Source: Candidatus Dojkabacteria bacterium
GTDB lineage: Bacteria; Patescibacteriota; Dojkabacteria; GCA-002793355
Direction: 5' to 3'
Assembly: GCA_030583685.1 (NCBI GenBank)
Contig: CP129470.1
Location: forward strand, 745,292-809,291
DNA: 64,000 bases
The translations under genes were made by a program, and so were the position numbers. The notes beneath the pieces are model-generated. The model did not search any database. It saw only the letters and a program-made list of their open reading frames with translations, and was not told the origin of the DNA. Of this stretch, positions 26,483 through 35,922 are shown in pieces. Positions within the stretch are counted from its first letter, which is position 1, and each line of letters opens with the position of its first letter.

Positions 26483-27623
26483 ATGAAGAAACTCCACAAA
26501 CTATTACTAGGTAATTGGAATAAGCGCAGCTGTATTGGGTGGCGCATACTATTATTTTATATCCTTCCTCCGGCAGGGACAACGATTGAACAGAATGAGG
26601 CACAGGTTGCAACACCTTCCGTAATTGATGATCAAGTTTTAGAGAAAAGAGAACCAGAAGTTGTTGTTGAAGGTTTATCTGTCCCGTGGGAGGATTGCTT
26701 TTTTACCAACTGGCGAAATGTTGGTGACAGAGCGTGACGGTCGGATTGTGAAAATCGCAAACGATAGAAAAGTGTATCAAATTGAAGGTGTTACTCGAAC
26801 AAGTGAAGGTGGCCTTCTTGGTCTGGTACTTCATCCAAACTTTATGCAGAACAGTTATGTCTACATTTATAAAACAACGACTGAAACAAATCGGCTCAAT
26901 AATATTGTTGAGCGATATCGTCTCAATAGTGAGAAGCTTGAAGAGAGGAAAAGAAATATTCACCGGAATTCCTGGTGCTGCAATCCATGACGGGGGACGG
27001 ATGGTATTTGGTCCCGATGGAATGTTGTATATTGCAACTGGTGATGCAAATAGAAGTGAATCGGCACAGGTACGAGAACACCTGCACGGAAAGATATTGC
27101 GAGTAACAGATGAAGGGATGATTCCATCTGATAATCCATTTTCCGGTAGTCCTGTATTTTCACTCGGACATCGAAATCCACAGGGACTTTCATGGGATAC
27201 AGAAGGAAGATTGTGGTCCTCCGAACATGGAAGATCTGGCGTGGCGTCTGGCTATGATGAAATCAATCTGATTGAGGCGGAAAAAATTATGGATGGCCCA
27301 CCATTCAAGGTCCGCAGGCAAAAGTGGGATTGGTTTCTCCCGTTGCACAGTCTGGAGCTTCAACTACGTGGGCACCGGGGGGATTAGCATATTTTGAAGG
27401 GAATCTGTATTTTACTGGATTGCGGGGTGAAGCGTTATATCGCTATACGATCGAAACAAAGGAGCTGACGCAGTTCTATCACAAAAGGTACGGCAGGCTT
27501 CGCGCTGTCACGATGGGGGAGGATGGGTTTTTGTACTTTGGAACATCAAATAAGGATGGTCGAGGAAGTCCAAAATCGGGAGACGATAAAATACTAAGAA
27601 TTGAGCCAAAGAATTTGCGTTAG
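26483..27623 (+). pseudogene. PQQ-dependent soluble sugar (glucose/sorbosone) dehydrogenase, disrupted by three frameshifts
   Basis: Four consecutive ORFs in frames 2,3,1,3 (26483..26737, 26661..26990, 26782..27387, 27324..27623) together spell one sGDH beta-propeller protein (GLSVPWE / FLPTGEMLVTERDGRIV / GLLGLVLHPNF / GRMVFGPDGMLYIATGD / GHRNPQGLSWD / DEINLIEAEKI / GGLAYFEGNLYF). Confidence 0.6.
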
Positions 27624-27670
27624 AATATAGTCCCAATAGAATGGTATAATCGAGAATAACTTTGGAATAG

Positions 27671-27946
27671 TTGGATATGGCATTTGAAGGACCACAAGTT
27701 GAAAGAAGAACTCAGGGAACTATTAAAGCAAAATTCGAGGTTGGTACCATTCTGATTCATAAGAAGTCTAAGCTGAAATACTCCGTGATGGAAGTTGATA
27801 TGCGTAGAAGTGAATATGAGTTATATGGAGTCCTCAGAAATAATGAATTAGAATGGGAGAAGGCACCAACTCCTATGGACGGAACTGATAGCATTAGAGA
27901 ATCTTTCCAAGTAGTTCACGGTGAATACTCGAGAGTTCAGGAATAA
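27671..27946 (+). CDS. hypothetical small protein
   Basis: 91 aa ORF, hydrophilic, no motif recognised. Confidence 0.3.
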   Translation: MDMAFEGPQVERRTQGTIKAKFEVGTILIHKKSKLKYSVMEVDMRRSEYELYGVLRNNELEWEKAPTPMDGTDSIRESFQVVHGEYSRVQE

Positions 27947-27960
27947 TGTTTCGAATGCGG

Positions 27961-28568
27961 CTACTGCGATATTATGGCGGTAACTGTTTCAGCAAGTTCT
28001 TCTATCGAGTTGACGACTGCTCGCGGATTGCCTTGCTCCAACATCGCCTTGTCATGGTATCCCCATGTAACGGCGATTGCCTCAATCCCAACTTTTTCTG
28101 CCTCACGAATATCACCGAGAGTGTCTGTAATAAAATACATCTCTCGATTATGGTGTAGTTTTTGGACTGATTGTAATTTAATCACTTTTGATTTCTCAAC
28201 ATCTACCCCAAGGATGTTACCAAAATAGTGTCGGAGGTTATATTTCTCCAAAAAGCGTGTATCGGTGGGGTAATTGTCGATGAAACAATGGTTGGCTTTT
28301 CGGGGAAAAAATGCAGGACAGATTCAATTTTATCAACTGGAAGTAAGGAGAGAATTTGTTTGCTATAGGTGGAGAAAAATTTTTTAATTTCATTTGATCG
28401 TGTATTCGCGTTTTTTATTTGCTTAGCATCATAAATGTTTCCAGTAAACATATTCTTGTATTCAGGTATCGTTATCTCAGGGTGATTCTGTTTACTAATC
28501 TCGTATGCCATGGATAAGGTGTTAACGACAACACCGTCAAAATCGAAGATGAAGTAAGGAGAAGTCAT
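27961..28568 (-). pseudogene. HAD-superfamily hydrolase split by a frameshift
   Basis: 28203..28568 encodes N-terminal half with FDFDGVVVNT (motif I); 27961..28251 encodes C-terminal half with ITDTLGDIREAEKVGIEAIAV (motifs III/IV); halves overlap out of frame at 28203..28251. Confidence 0.5.
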
Positions 28569-28599
28569 GAGAGTTCTGTAAAAATTATAAGCACCACTA

Positions 28600-28672
28600 T
28601 CGGAGTGGCGGGACTCGAACCCACGACCTCACGCACCCCATGCGTGCATTCTACCAACTGAACTACACTCCG
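28600..28672 (-). tRNA. tRNA-Pro (anticodon GGG)
   Basis: Reverse complement CGGAGTGTAGTTCAGTTGGTAGAATGCACGCATGGGGTGCGTG...GGTTCGAGTCCCGCCACTCCGA; anticodon loop ATGGGGT. Confidence 0.8.
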
Positions 28673-28715
28673 ATGGTGAATTATATCGCACTAAAGACTT
28701 GTTTCCAATATACCC

Positions 28716-28746
28716 TTGACACCCCCTAGGGGTGTTTGCTACACTC
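28716..28746 (+). promoter_or_regulatory. putative sigma-70-like promoter (TTGACA ... TACACT) with embedded GC-rich palindromic operator CACCCCCTAGGGGTG
   Basis: Perfect -35 hexamer at 28716-28721; 15-nt near-perfect inverted repeat in the spacer, of the kind bound by CsoR/RcnR-family repressors; immediately upstream of the repressor gene. Confidence 0.45.
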
Positions 28747-28752
28747 TCTCGT

Positions 28753-28992
28753 ATGGAAAAAGATGTAACAGCAAGAATCCGAAATCTCATCGGGCAGCTC
28801 GAAGGAATTGTCCGACTGCGAGAGTCTGGTGTTGCGTGCGAACAACAAATCGTTCAGTTAAAAGCAGTTCGAGCTGGGGTGAATGCGGTAATGCAGAAAA
28901 TCATCGAAAAAGAGCTCGCACAATGCACCAAGCTTGCTGAACGTAAAGAGGTAACTGCAAAGTTATTTGCGCATCTGGTTAATCATACGTGA
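28753..28992 (+). CDS. CsoR/RcnR/CstR-family (DUF156) transcriptional repressor
   Basis: RIRNLIGQLEGIVRL helix and Cys29...Cys58 spaced exactly as CsoR Cys36/Cys65; the His position is Glu (C-E-C), suggesting a non-copper, thiol-based sensor. Confidence 0.6.
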   Translation: MEKDVTARIRNLIGQLEGIVRLRESGVACEQQIVQLKAVRAGVNAVMQKIIEKELAQCTKLAERKEVTAKLFAHLVNHT

Positions 28993-29013
28993 TAAATTGT
29001 TAGTATTGTACCT

Positions 29014-29343
29014 ATGGAGGGTATTATTGATATTGTTGGGCAAGAGCAGTTTCAGAAGGAAGTGCTGGAGTCACAAATCCCAGTACTCGTTGATTTTTGG
29101 GCACCATGGTGTACGCCCTGTTTAATGATGGCGCCAATTCTTGCAAAAGTGCAGGAAGAGATGGCAGGTAAAGCAAAAATTGTTAAAATTAACACTGAAG
29201 AACCTGGGAATATGCCAATTGCAATGGAATACAAAATTATGAGTATTCCTAATATGAAAATCTTTAAAAATGGAGAATACGTCAAAGAAATCATTGGCTT
29301 GAGGCCAAAAGATTTTGTTATTCAAGAGCTACAGTCCGCGTAA
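29014..29343 (+). CDS. trxA: thioredoxin
   Basis: 109 aa, active site WAPWCTPC (WCxPC), thioredoxin-length and fold. Confidence 0.85.
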   Translation: MEGIIDIVGQEQFQKEVLESQIPVLVDFWAPWCTPCLMMAPILAKVQEEMAGKAKIVKINTEEPGNMPIAMEYKIMSIPNMKIFKNGEYVKEIIGLRPKDFVIQELQSA

Positions 29344-29381
29344 TTGCCACGCAAGTAAAGTTATAGTATAGTAACCGTAAT

Positions 29382-30968
29382 ATGAGGTTACACAAGAAAA
29401 CTGTCTGGTTTGCTATTGCCATCATTGCGGTACTTTCTCTCATAGGAGGCGGTGCATTTTTCTCCATAAAAATGATGAATGTGTGGGATGATGAGAGTAC
29501 TTGGAGCGTAGATTCTTCAGTTGCATTGCCAGTTGTTGCAGACGGAACGTTTAAGATGACCAGCGAAAAAAACGATTCTGGTGGTACCACAATAACGGTA
29601 CCGTTTTGTGTCCTGTACGATGCAGCAGAAGTTGAGAATGGTGCCACAGAATACTACTGTGCTGCGATACCATATTCAACATTGCAATTAATAGACTATT
29701 TTCCGACAAGTTTTCAGTTTAAAAAGGACATCGTTTTTACTTACAACCCCGAGCGCGATCCGTTACCTGAAGAGTTTATTGGCCGATTAGGCATTACCTC
29801 TGAAACGATCAAGTCGATAGGATCAGAGCCATTGCCGGTGTCAATGGAGGCAGAGGTCTCGCACACGAAGCCAAAGCTTACCCCTGTTTCACTGGTTACT
29901 CATTATTTAATGGTTATGCGAGGTGAAAAGGAAGTGTATGAAGCAACTGCAATGGAATCGTGGAAAATTTCAAAGGTGAAACTTGCAGCAGATTATTCAG
30001 AAGCAGAAAAAAAAGAAGTTGTTGCGGAATGGAGAAAACAAGCATGGCAAGATATCAATAAACTTCTCAAAACTGAAGAGTATTTAAATGCCCCAAACAA
30101 TAAAGAATTGGTAACAAAGCTAGGACCAGCCATGGCATGGCGAAGTGTGTATTGTCCGACGGCAGAGGTCGCCGAACAGTGTGAAGTATCCTATCCGCAA
30201 AATGCGTCTACAAACATTATGTATTATGTGTACGCAGCAAGTCGTATCGATGAGCGTGTGGCAAAACAAATGACTTTGGCGTTACGAGAGAAGGTTATTC
30301 CGTTTGTGTTTGATAATAATCCTGACATGGCTACCTATTACGGTAACTGTGATCCAGAAGGAGAGTGTGCGTACTATCACAATATGCAGGTGTATGATTA
30401 CCCTGTTTGTCCGATTAACCATTTGGCAAGCGCACGGAAAAGTACCTATATAGAGGAGTTGTATGAAGAGCTTCGATTTGTGTTAATTGATGACGAATTC
30501 ATTGAGGAGCCTCTGAATTATGCTGAGATTGAGCGTGAGATTAACGCGTTAAAACAGGATTTCTTGAAGAGCGGGATATATCGAGCCTTTAACAGTTACG
30601 AAGTAGGAGAGGCGATTTCAAAAATTGACAAGCTTTGTCTTCATATGGTTTACAATCAGACACTTCCTGACCAGCGACTTGTTGCTATGATGAAGGAGAT
30701 TTACTATCTCTATGTGTTCGGACAGGTATTTACTGATGAACAAGATTTTAACATTACACCAGATAAGGTCGACGAAAAGTTGTTCCAACTAGTGCTCAAT
30801 GCGGGTGTATTGAATCCGTATGCGTATTCGATTGTTCCACAACCTTACACGAGTTATCACAGAATTTTAACCGGCGTGTATAAAGCTGACGCAGACTACT
30901 TGCTCGATGGCTATTGGGGCTCGATCAATATGACACTTGTACTACTTTATCTAACATCTTCCTATTAA
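29382..30968 (+). CDS. hypothetical membrane-anchored/secreted protein
   Basis: 528 aa with N-terminal signal-anchor (WFAIAIIAVLSLIGGGAFF), otherwise hydrophilic; no motif recognised. Confidence 0.45.
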   Translation: MRLHKKTVWFAIAIIAVLSLIGGGAFFSIKMMNVWDDESTWSVDSSVALPVVADGTFKMTSEKNDSGGTTITVPFCVLYDAAEVENGATEYYCAAIPYSTLQLIDYFPTSFQFKKDIVFTYNPERDPLPEEFIGRLGITSETIKSIGSEPLPVSMEAEVSHTKPKLTPVSLVTHYLMVMRGEKEVYEATAMESWKISKVKLAADYSEAEKKEVVAEWRKQAWQDINKLLKTEEYLNAPNNKELVTKLGPAMAWRSVYCPTAEVAEQCEVSYPQNASTNIMYYVYAASRIDERVAKQMTLALREKVIPFVFDNNPDMATYYGNCDPEGECAYYHNMQVYDYPVCPINHLASARKSTYIEELYEELRFVLIDDEFIEEPLNYAEIEREINALKQDFLKSGIYRAFNSYEVGEAISKIDKLCLHMVYNQTLPDQRLVAMMKEIYYLYVFGQVFTDEQDFNITPDKVDEKLFQLVLNAGVLNPYAYSIVPQPYTSYHRILTGVYKADADYLLDGYWGSINMTLVLLYLTSSY

Positions 30969-30975
30969 GCGTGCT

Positions 30976-33900
30976 ATGACGATACGATTTCACATAAAAC
31001 ACCTCCTGTTAGCAATGGTAGGAATGGCTGCCCTAGTATTTATTGTTGGTACTGCCACAGGGTCTTCCGACTATAAAGTGCAAGCGTGGTATTGTTCGGG
31101 AGGGTGTGATATCAAGCAACCTTGTGAATGTAAAAAACGCGATAAGAATGGTAAGTGTATTTCGTATCCACAATGCGGTGTAACCTGTGGTCCAAAACTG
31201 CAAGGTGGAGAAACGTGGTGTGGCGGTGGGAAAACTGCTGCCTGTACCTGTGTCGGCGGTGACTGTCGAGAATCAGGTGGGCAGTCATGTTCAAATCTTG
31301 GTGCGGTATGTCCTGCCTGTTCTTGTGATCCCGTTAGTTGTCCCCCAGGATCTCCCCCTACAAAGTTTATGACCCGTCCAATCTCCAATGGAAATGGTGT
31401 TCGATGTAATGGATGTGATGGACAAACCTATGCGTGTGATCCAACGCACGCAAATACCCCGCCTGTGTGCTCAATTCTTCCGGGTAATATTGTTATTGAT
31501 AGGCAAGATGATCCAAAGCAATTTGCGCTTACTGTTACGGATAACGATTGGGGTGATGCAGTCGAAATAACGGGAATTAAGATTTTGGATGTTCAGGGGC
31601 AGCTCAATTCCTGTGCTCAGATAACTGGAACTTCCGGCCAAAGTCTTCTTGGTGCCGTAGTCAGACCAGGAAGATCGGACGCCGACAAGGCAAGGATTTC
31701 TGAAACAACGAATTTTCTGGTTGATGCTCGTGAATCTCATGGTGTATATACTCGAAATGCAAATGGTCGTTCAGTCTGTCAAGGAAGTTTGAACATTGAG
31801 ATTAGAGATTTGGATTCTGATGGTGCAGGGCCTGACAAGTCTGATGTCGCTGTCTGTAAAGTTAATGTTACGGTCACGAACCATGCACCGACTGTATCAG
31901 GCATTCGCTTAGAAGATAGAGACACGATGACGGCGATGCGTACTTCAGGAAATTTGATTAATGGGACAGATACCATCGTAAATGTTGGTTCGCGATTAAC
32001 AACTGCAAATAAGTTCAGAGCGTATTACTGTAAAGAAACGCTTGCCAATATTATGCCGATAACGTGTCCTGTTGGTGCAGAAGAGTATCTTTCTGGGGTA
32101 AAAAACCCGTTATTCTTTGAATTCACGGTAACTGATAGAAATGGTGCAAATGATATCATGCAAGCAGGTGTATGGTTACAGCTTCGAGAAACCGGAAAAA
32201 ACAGTAATGTAGCAAATTTTCCGCTTGTTGGTGCACAGCGGTTCAGTTTCCAAGCACTTTATTCTGAGAAAGAAACCTTGAAGATTGGTGCTTTTGATCA
32301 TTTTACCTCGCGAGGGTGTTTGACTGAAGCATGTGGGCCATTAAATATGACAACAAGTCCGAAAACAGTATTTACCGGATTAGGAAGAATAACCAGTTTA
32401 GGAAATCCTGCAACTGTCGGTTCTAAGAACGGCAATTTGTATATGTCTCAGGCGGCGGATAGAAAAAAGTCTGCAACTACCAATGAATGGCATCGTGTGG
32501 GTTATCCTGATTGTCTCGTTCGTGGTGGCTGTAATAATACTAATGTTCCTGCAGTTGCAAAACTTGCTCCAACAAATGACACCTCGCTTCCTGATAATTA
32601 TGCATGGGCAATCGGTGCTGATGAAAATAATATGCTTTGTTATCCAAAAGCAGGGCACGCACCAACAGTGGTTGCTGCTAGCAGTTCGAATATTTGTCCT
32701 GCAAACTGTGCCGCATGTATTAAACGAGAAGGCATGGAGGCAAAAGGTACTGACTCGATTACCTATCGATTTGGCCTATATTTTAATGATGGCGAGTCAT
32801 TAACTGGACAAGGGATGCCCTCAGGCGATTACTCTCTCTTAATAAGTGCTCTGGATAAAGTTGGTGCCCCGTTGTATCAAGTCGAAGGGAAAGGTCCTGA
32901 AGGATGGACTTTGTTTGATAAGTTTGGTGAGGTATGTCAGGGTGCATCATGTGTATCAGGTAATGGCTTTAGAATCAGGTACGATACTATTGCACCTCAA
33001 GTAACTGTAACAAATTGGTCTTCTAATGCAGATAATGAGACTGTTCGAGCAGTTGTGACAATTGTTGATAATACTGGTGGTTCCGGTGTTCGTGGGGTAA
33101 CAAATCGCTTCCTAGCGTTCCAAAATATGGTTGATGGAGAGCCTTCTGGCACCTGGGAATGGACGAAGAAAGAAGCAAGTGACGAAGATTTTGACGGAAA
33201 GAATGATCATCAACGATTTACTGGCTCATCAATGACGCTCATTGGTCGAGGCATGTCTTCTGGTGATGAGATTGTAGCTGGGCTTTGTGCCTACGATGCA
33301 GCAGGAAACATGGGATGTGGAAAGAACGCTGAGAATTATGTATTTCTTGCCAACTGGATGAAGACATCATTTGGAAATATCTATAGTGGTACTGGTTCAA
33401 GTGCACCATTTAGTATGTCCTTGCCGTCAAATCAAGTGTTTAACGGTAATGAAACAAGGGACGAAACCAGAAAAGAGAGTAAGCAGTATTCACAAGTTAC
33501 AATATATTCACCGTATTCTGAACAGGAGTTTACTGTTGGGACAGGGCTATTACTAAGTAGTTCTGGTGCAAGCAATTCTGGATTGCTTGGTGGAAAGTCT
33601 TCAGGCTCGACTCAAACGCCACTTGGTTTTCTCAATAATTATCGACAAGGGTCAGGGACAACAGTATATAATTTCTTCTCGTTAACCTCCTTCAGCCAAG
33701 GAAATGAATTTGAGCGACTGCAATCGATTGCAAAAGTTAATTGTCAATTGTTAAATGCAGGCAATCCTGGAACATGTACTGAATCGTCGAGTATTTCTGA
33801 GTTGGGAAGTAATAATTACACGGTATTAACGGTCAACAGTGCGTCAATTTCAAGTGATTTGGTATGTAAGAAAGTCAATGTCATCTTTATTACCGGCGAT

Positions 33901-34347
33901 GTAAGAATAACGGGTAATCTTACAAAGGAAAATGAGCAATCGGGGTGTCTCTTTGTCGTTGGGAACGGAGGTTCTCTCTCAGTTCAAGATAGGCCATCTG
34001 GTGATCGTCAGAGAACTGAAGTAAGTGGAGGTAAAGGTGCCCCAATTGTCGACCAATTCCATGCAGGTATTGTAGGAACAAATGGGTCTACTGTTTCATT
34101 TAAAAAGCCAGAGACACCTGCTAGAACGGGTAATGATCGATTAGAAATTCACGGCTGGGTGTACACAGTCGGAAGACCCGCCAATTTTTTGAGAGATTTG
34201 GCGGCTGTCGATAACCGTCGTTTCCCTGCAGAGTGGATTATTTACGACGCAACATTACTTGATGTTTTGAGACCGTTGGTTGGATTTGAAAAAACTGCTG
34301 ATCTTCTCTGTGGTACATCTGGCCACGTTCTCTGCCGATCGCAATAA
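30976..34347 (+). CDS. large secreted surface protein with Cys-rich N-terminal domain
   Basis: 1123 aa; signal peptide; about 24 Cys in residues 40-170 (CSGGCDIKQPCECK...CNGCDGQTYACDP), then long Gly/Ser/Thr/Asn-rich beta-type region. Confidence 0.5.
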   Translation: MTIRFHIKHLLLAMVGMAALVFIVGTATGSSDYKVQAWYCSGGCDIKQPCECKKRDKNGKCISYPQCGVTCGPKLQGGETWCGGGKTAACTCVGGDCRESGGQSCSNLGAVCPACSCDPVSCPPGSPPTKFMTRPISNGNGVRCNGCDGQTYACDPTHANTPPVCSILPGNIVIDRQDDPKQFALTVTDNDWGDAVEITGIKILDVQGQLNSCAQITGTSGQSLLGAVVRPGRSDADKARISETTNFLVDARESHGVYTRNANGRSVCQGSLNIEIRDLDSDGAGPDKSDVAVCKVNVTVTNHAPTVSGIRLEDRDTMTAMRTSGNLINGTDTIVNVGSRLTTANKFRAYYCKETLANIMPITCPVGAEEYLSGVKNPLFFEFTVTDRNGANDIMQAGVWLQLRETGKNSNVANFPLVGAQRFSFQALYSEKETLKIGAFDHFTSRGCLTEACGPLNMTTSPKTVFTGLGRITSLGNPATVGSKNGNLYMSQAADRKKSATTNEWHRVGYPDCLVRGGCNNTNVPAVAKLAPTNDTSLPDNYAWAIGADENNMLCYPKAGHAPTVVAASSSNICPANCAACIKREGMEAKGTDSITYRFGLYFNDGESLTGQGMPSGDYSLLISALDKVGAPLYQVEGKGPEGWTLFDKFGEVCQGASCVSGNGFRIRYDTIAPQVTVTNWSSNADNETVRAVVTIVDNTGGSGVRGVTNRFLAFQNMVDGEPSGTWEWTKKEASDEDFDGKNDHQRFTGSSMTLIGRGMSSGDEIVAGLCAYDAAGNMGCGKNAENYVFLANWMKTSFGNIYSGTGSSAPFSMSLPSNQVFNGNETRDETRKESKQYSQVTIYSPYSEQEFTVGTGLLLSSSGASNSGLLGGKSSGSTQTPLGFLNNYRQGSGTTVYNFFSLTSFSQGNEFERLQSIAKVNCQLLNAGNPGTCTESSSISELGSNNYTVLTVNSASISSDLVCKKVNVIFITGDVRITGNLTKENEQSGCLFVVGNGGSLSVQDRPSGDRQRTEVSGGKGAPIVDQFHAGIVGTNGSTVSFKKPETPARTGNDRLEIHGWVYTVGRPANFLRDLAAVDNRRFPAEWIIYDATLLDVLRPLVGFEKTADLLCGTSGHVLCRSQ

Positions 34348-34392
34348 AGATTCGGATTGACCTTGTGTTTGTATAGTAAATATCTGTGAATT

Positions 34393-34401
34393 TGTTATAA
34401 T
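34393..34401 (+). promoter_or_regulatory. extended -10 promoter element (TGtTATAAT)
   Basis: TGnTATAAT ending 6 nt before the GTG at 34407. Confidence 0.3.
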
Positions 34402-34406
34402 CGCAT

Positions 34407-35570
34407 GTGAACGAAGAATCTCAACAACAACCAGTGCAACCTGAAATCCCAGAAATTCCTGTTGTTCCAGATGGTGAACAAGGAGGGAAACCAGCTGATA
34501 CCGGCAGGTATTCACGCTTCATTACAGGTTTTATTCTCTTGGTAGTTCTTTTGTTGATTATTGGAGGAGTTCTCGCAATTACTGCACCCGCTACATTCTC
34601 GGCAATTATTAATGCTTTTTGGCTTTTTATGTTCTGTTTAGTTTTGCTCTTTTTGATTTTGGGAATACTAGTCATGGTAGGGTTGAAAAACCAAGTACGC
34701 CAGATTCTCGATATTTTTATTGAAGGGACCCTAACAATTGTTGATTTGATGAATTTTTTGAAGCTTGCGTTACAGTTTATACGAGATATTATCAAACAAG
34801 CAATCTATTTTTTAATTCCCTTCTTTGCATACTTACTCGGAGGCTTACTATATTTTGCACTTATTTATGCATATAAATGGGTAGGCAAGTCGTACGATGT
34901 GACCGTGTTTACCATAGTTCTTACTGCCATGTTAATCGTAGCAACAGGTTTCTTAAACAAAAAATCAAAGCACGAAGATCTCGTAGAGAAAACATGGAAA
35001 CAGAAGGTGCAAGTGAGATTCAAAGATATTTTTGGCGATGCTGTTGAAGTCGTACTCTTTATTTTCTTTCTGACCATGGACAGTCAGAATCTGTTCTTCT
35101 TGCCAGATGCACTCAATGTTGAGCTTCATGCAGCTGTTGGTGATTATAATTTCATGACTCGCGGATGGACACTCGATCAGCAGCTATTTACGACACTTAA
35201 TTTGGTGATGGCTGCTGTTGGAATCGAAGTTCTTCGGTTTGGTATGAGAATTGTTGCTGCTGGCTTTGCTTTTTATAAAGAAGTCAATTCGTATGTTGGT
35301 GAAGCAAACCAGCAAATGTCTGGAGCTGCACAAATTAAATGGGCACTCCGCCAAAGCTTTCAAGTACATAAAGATGATGTTATCCGATTTATAACGTATA
35401 CAACCTTTATTGTTGCTGTATTCTTGGCTTTCCCCAGATTGAAATTACTCGCAATGGCGGTTGCGAGTTTAACAGCATTTGTCATGGATTTATGGATGCG
35501 CGATCGACTCGTCATAAAGAAGGGAAATGATCTCTTTTCTAAACTCGTTTCAGGCATTTTTAAGGTCTAA
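34407..35570 (+). CDS. hypothetical polytopic membrane protein with Pro/Glu-rich N-terminus
   Basis: 387 aa, about 8 hydrophobic helices; GTG start as given by ORF track (true start uncertain). Confidence 0.45.
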   Translation: MNEESQQQPVQPEIPEIPVVPDGEQGGKPADTGRYSRFITGFILLVVLLLIIGGVLAITAPATFSAIINAFWLFMFCLVLLFLILGILVMVGLKNQVRQILDIFIEGTLTIVDLMNFLKLALQFIRDIIKQAIYFLIPFFAYLLGGLLYFALIYAYKWVGKSYDVTVFTIVLTAMLIVATGFLNKKSKHEDLVEKTWKQKVQVRFKDIFGDAVEVVLFIFFLTMDSQNLFFLPDALNVELHAAVGDYNFMTRGWTLDQQLFTTLNLVMAAVGIEVLRFGMRIVAAGFAFYKEVNSYVGEANQQMSGAAQIKWALRQSFQVHKDDVIRFITYTTFIVAVFLAFPRLKLLAMAVASLTAFVMDLWMRDRLVIKKGNDLFSKLVSGIFKV

Positions 35571-35887
35571 TGGCTCACGAGGACTTTCGGAAATTAAATA
35601 TGGCGTTTCGTTGCGAGAATTGCGGAAAACATGTTGCTCCAGCAAGAAAGACGTCGAGAAATCACTGTCCGTTTTGCTTATATTCTAAACATGTTGACAT
35701 AATTCCTGGTGATCGAAAAGAGGTATGCCAAGGGTTGATGGAAGTAATCGATTATGAACTGCATCACGGGGAGGTGCGATTGATTCATAAATGTCAAAAG
35801 TGTGGTAAAGTGGGTGTTAATAAATCCTCAGACGATGACCATATTGAACAATTGTTACAAGCTTCAGCTGGGAGCAGTCAAGGGTAG
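35570..35887 (+). CDS. RNHCP domain protein (zinc-ribbon-like)
   Basis: CENCGKH...SRNHCPFCLYSKH...CQKCGK : literal RNHCP motif with flanking CxxC pairs. Confidence 0.55.
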   Translation: MAHEDFRKLNMAFRCENCGKHVAPARKTSRNHCPFCLYSKHVDIIPGDRKEVCQGLMEVIDYELHHGEVRLIHKCQKCGKVGVNKSSDDDHIEQLLQASAGSSQG

Positions 35888-35922
35888 AGTATAATAGATA
35901 AAGTAAATTAGTAAAAACAAAT

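Noticed and set aside
26226-26615. 129-aa minus-strand ORF covering tRNA-Lys and the att-like repeat
   Set aside because: Overlaps a clear tRNA gene and repeat region; no coding-like features
28716-28940. 74-aa + ORF (Arg/Cys-rich) overlapping the CsoR-family gene in another frame
   Set aside because: Alternate-frame artefact; the CsoR-frame translation matches a known family
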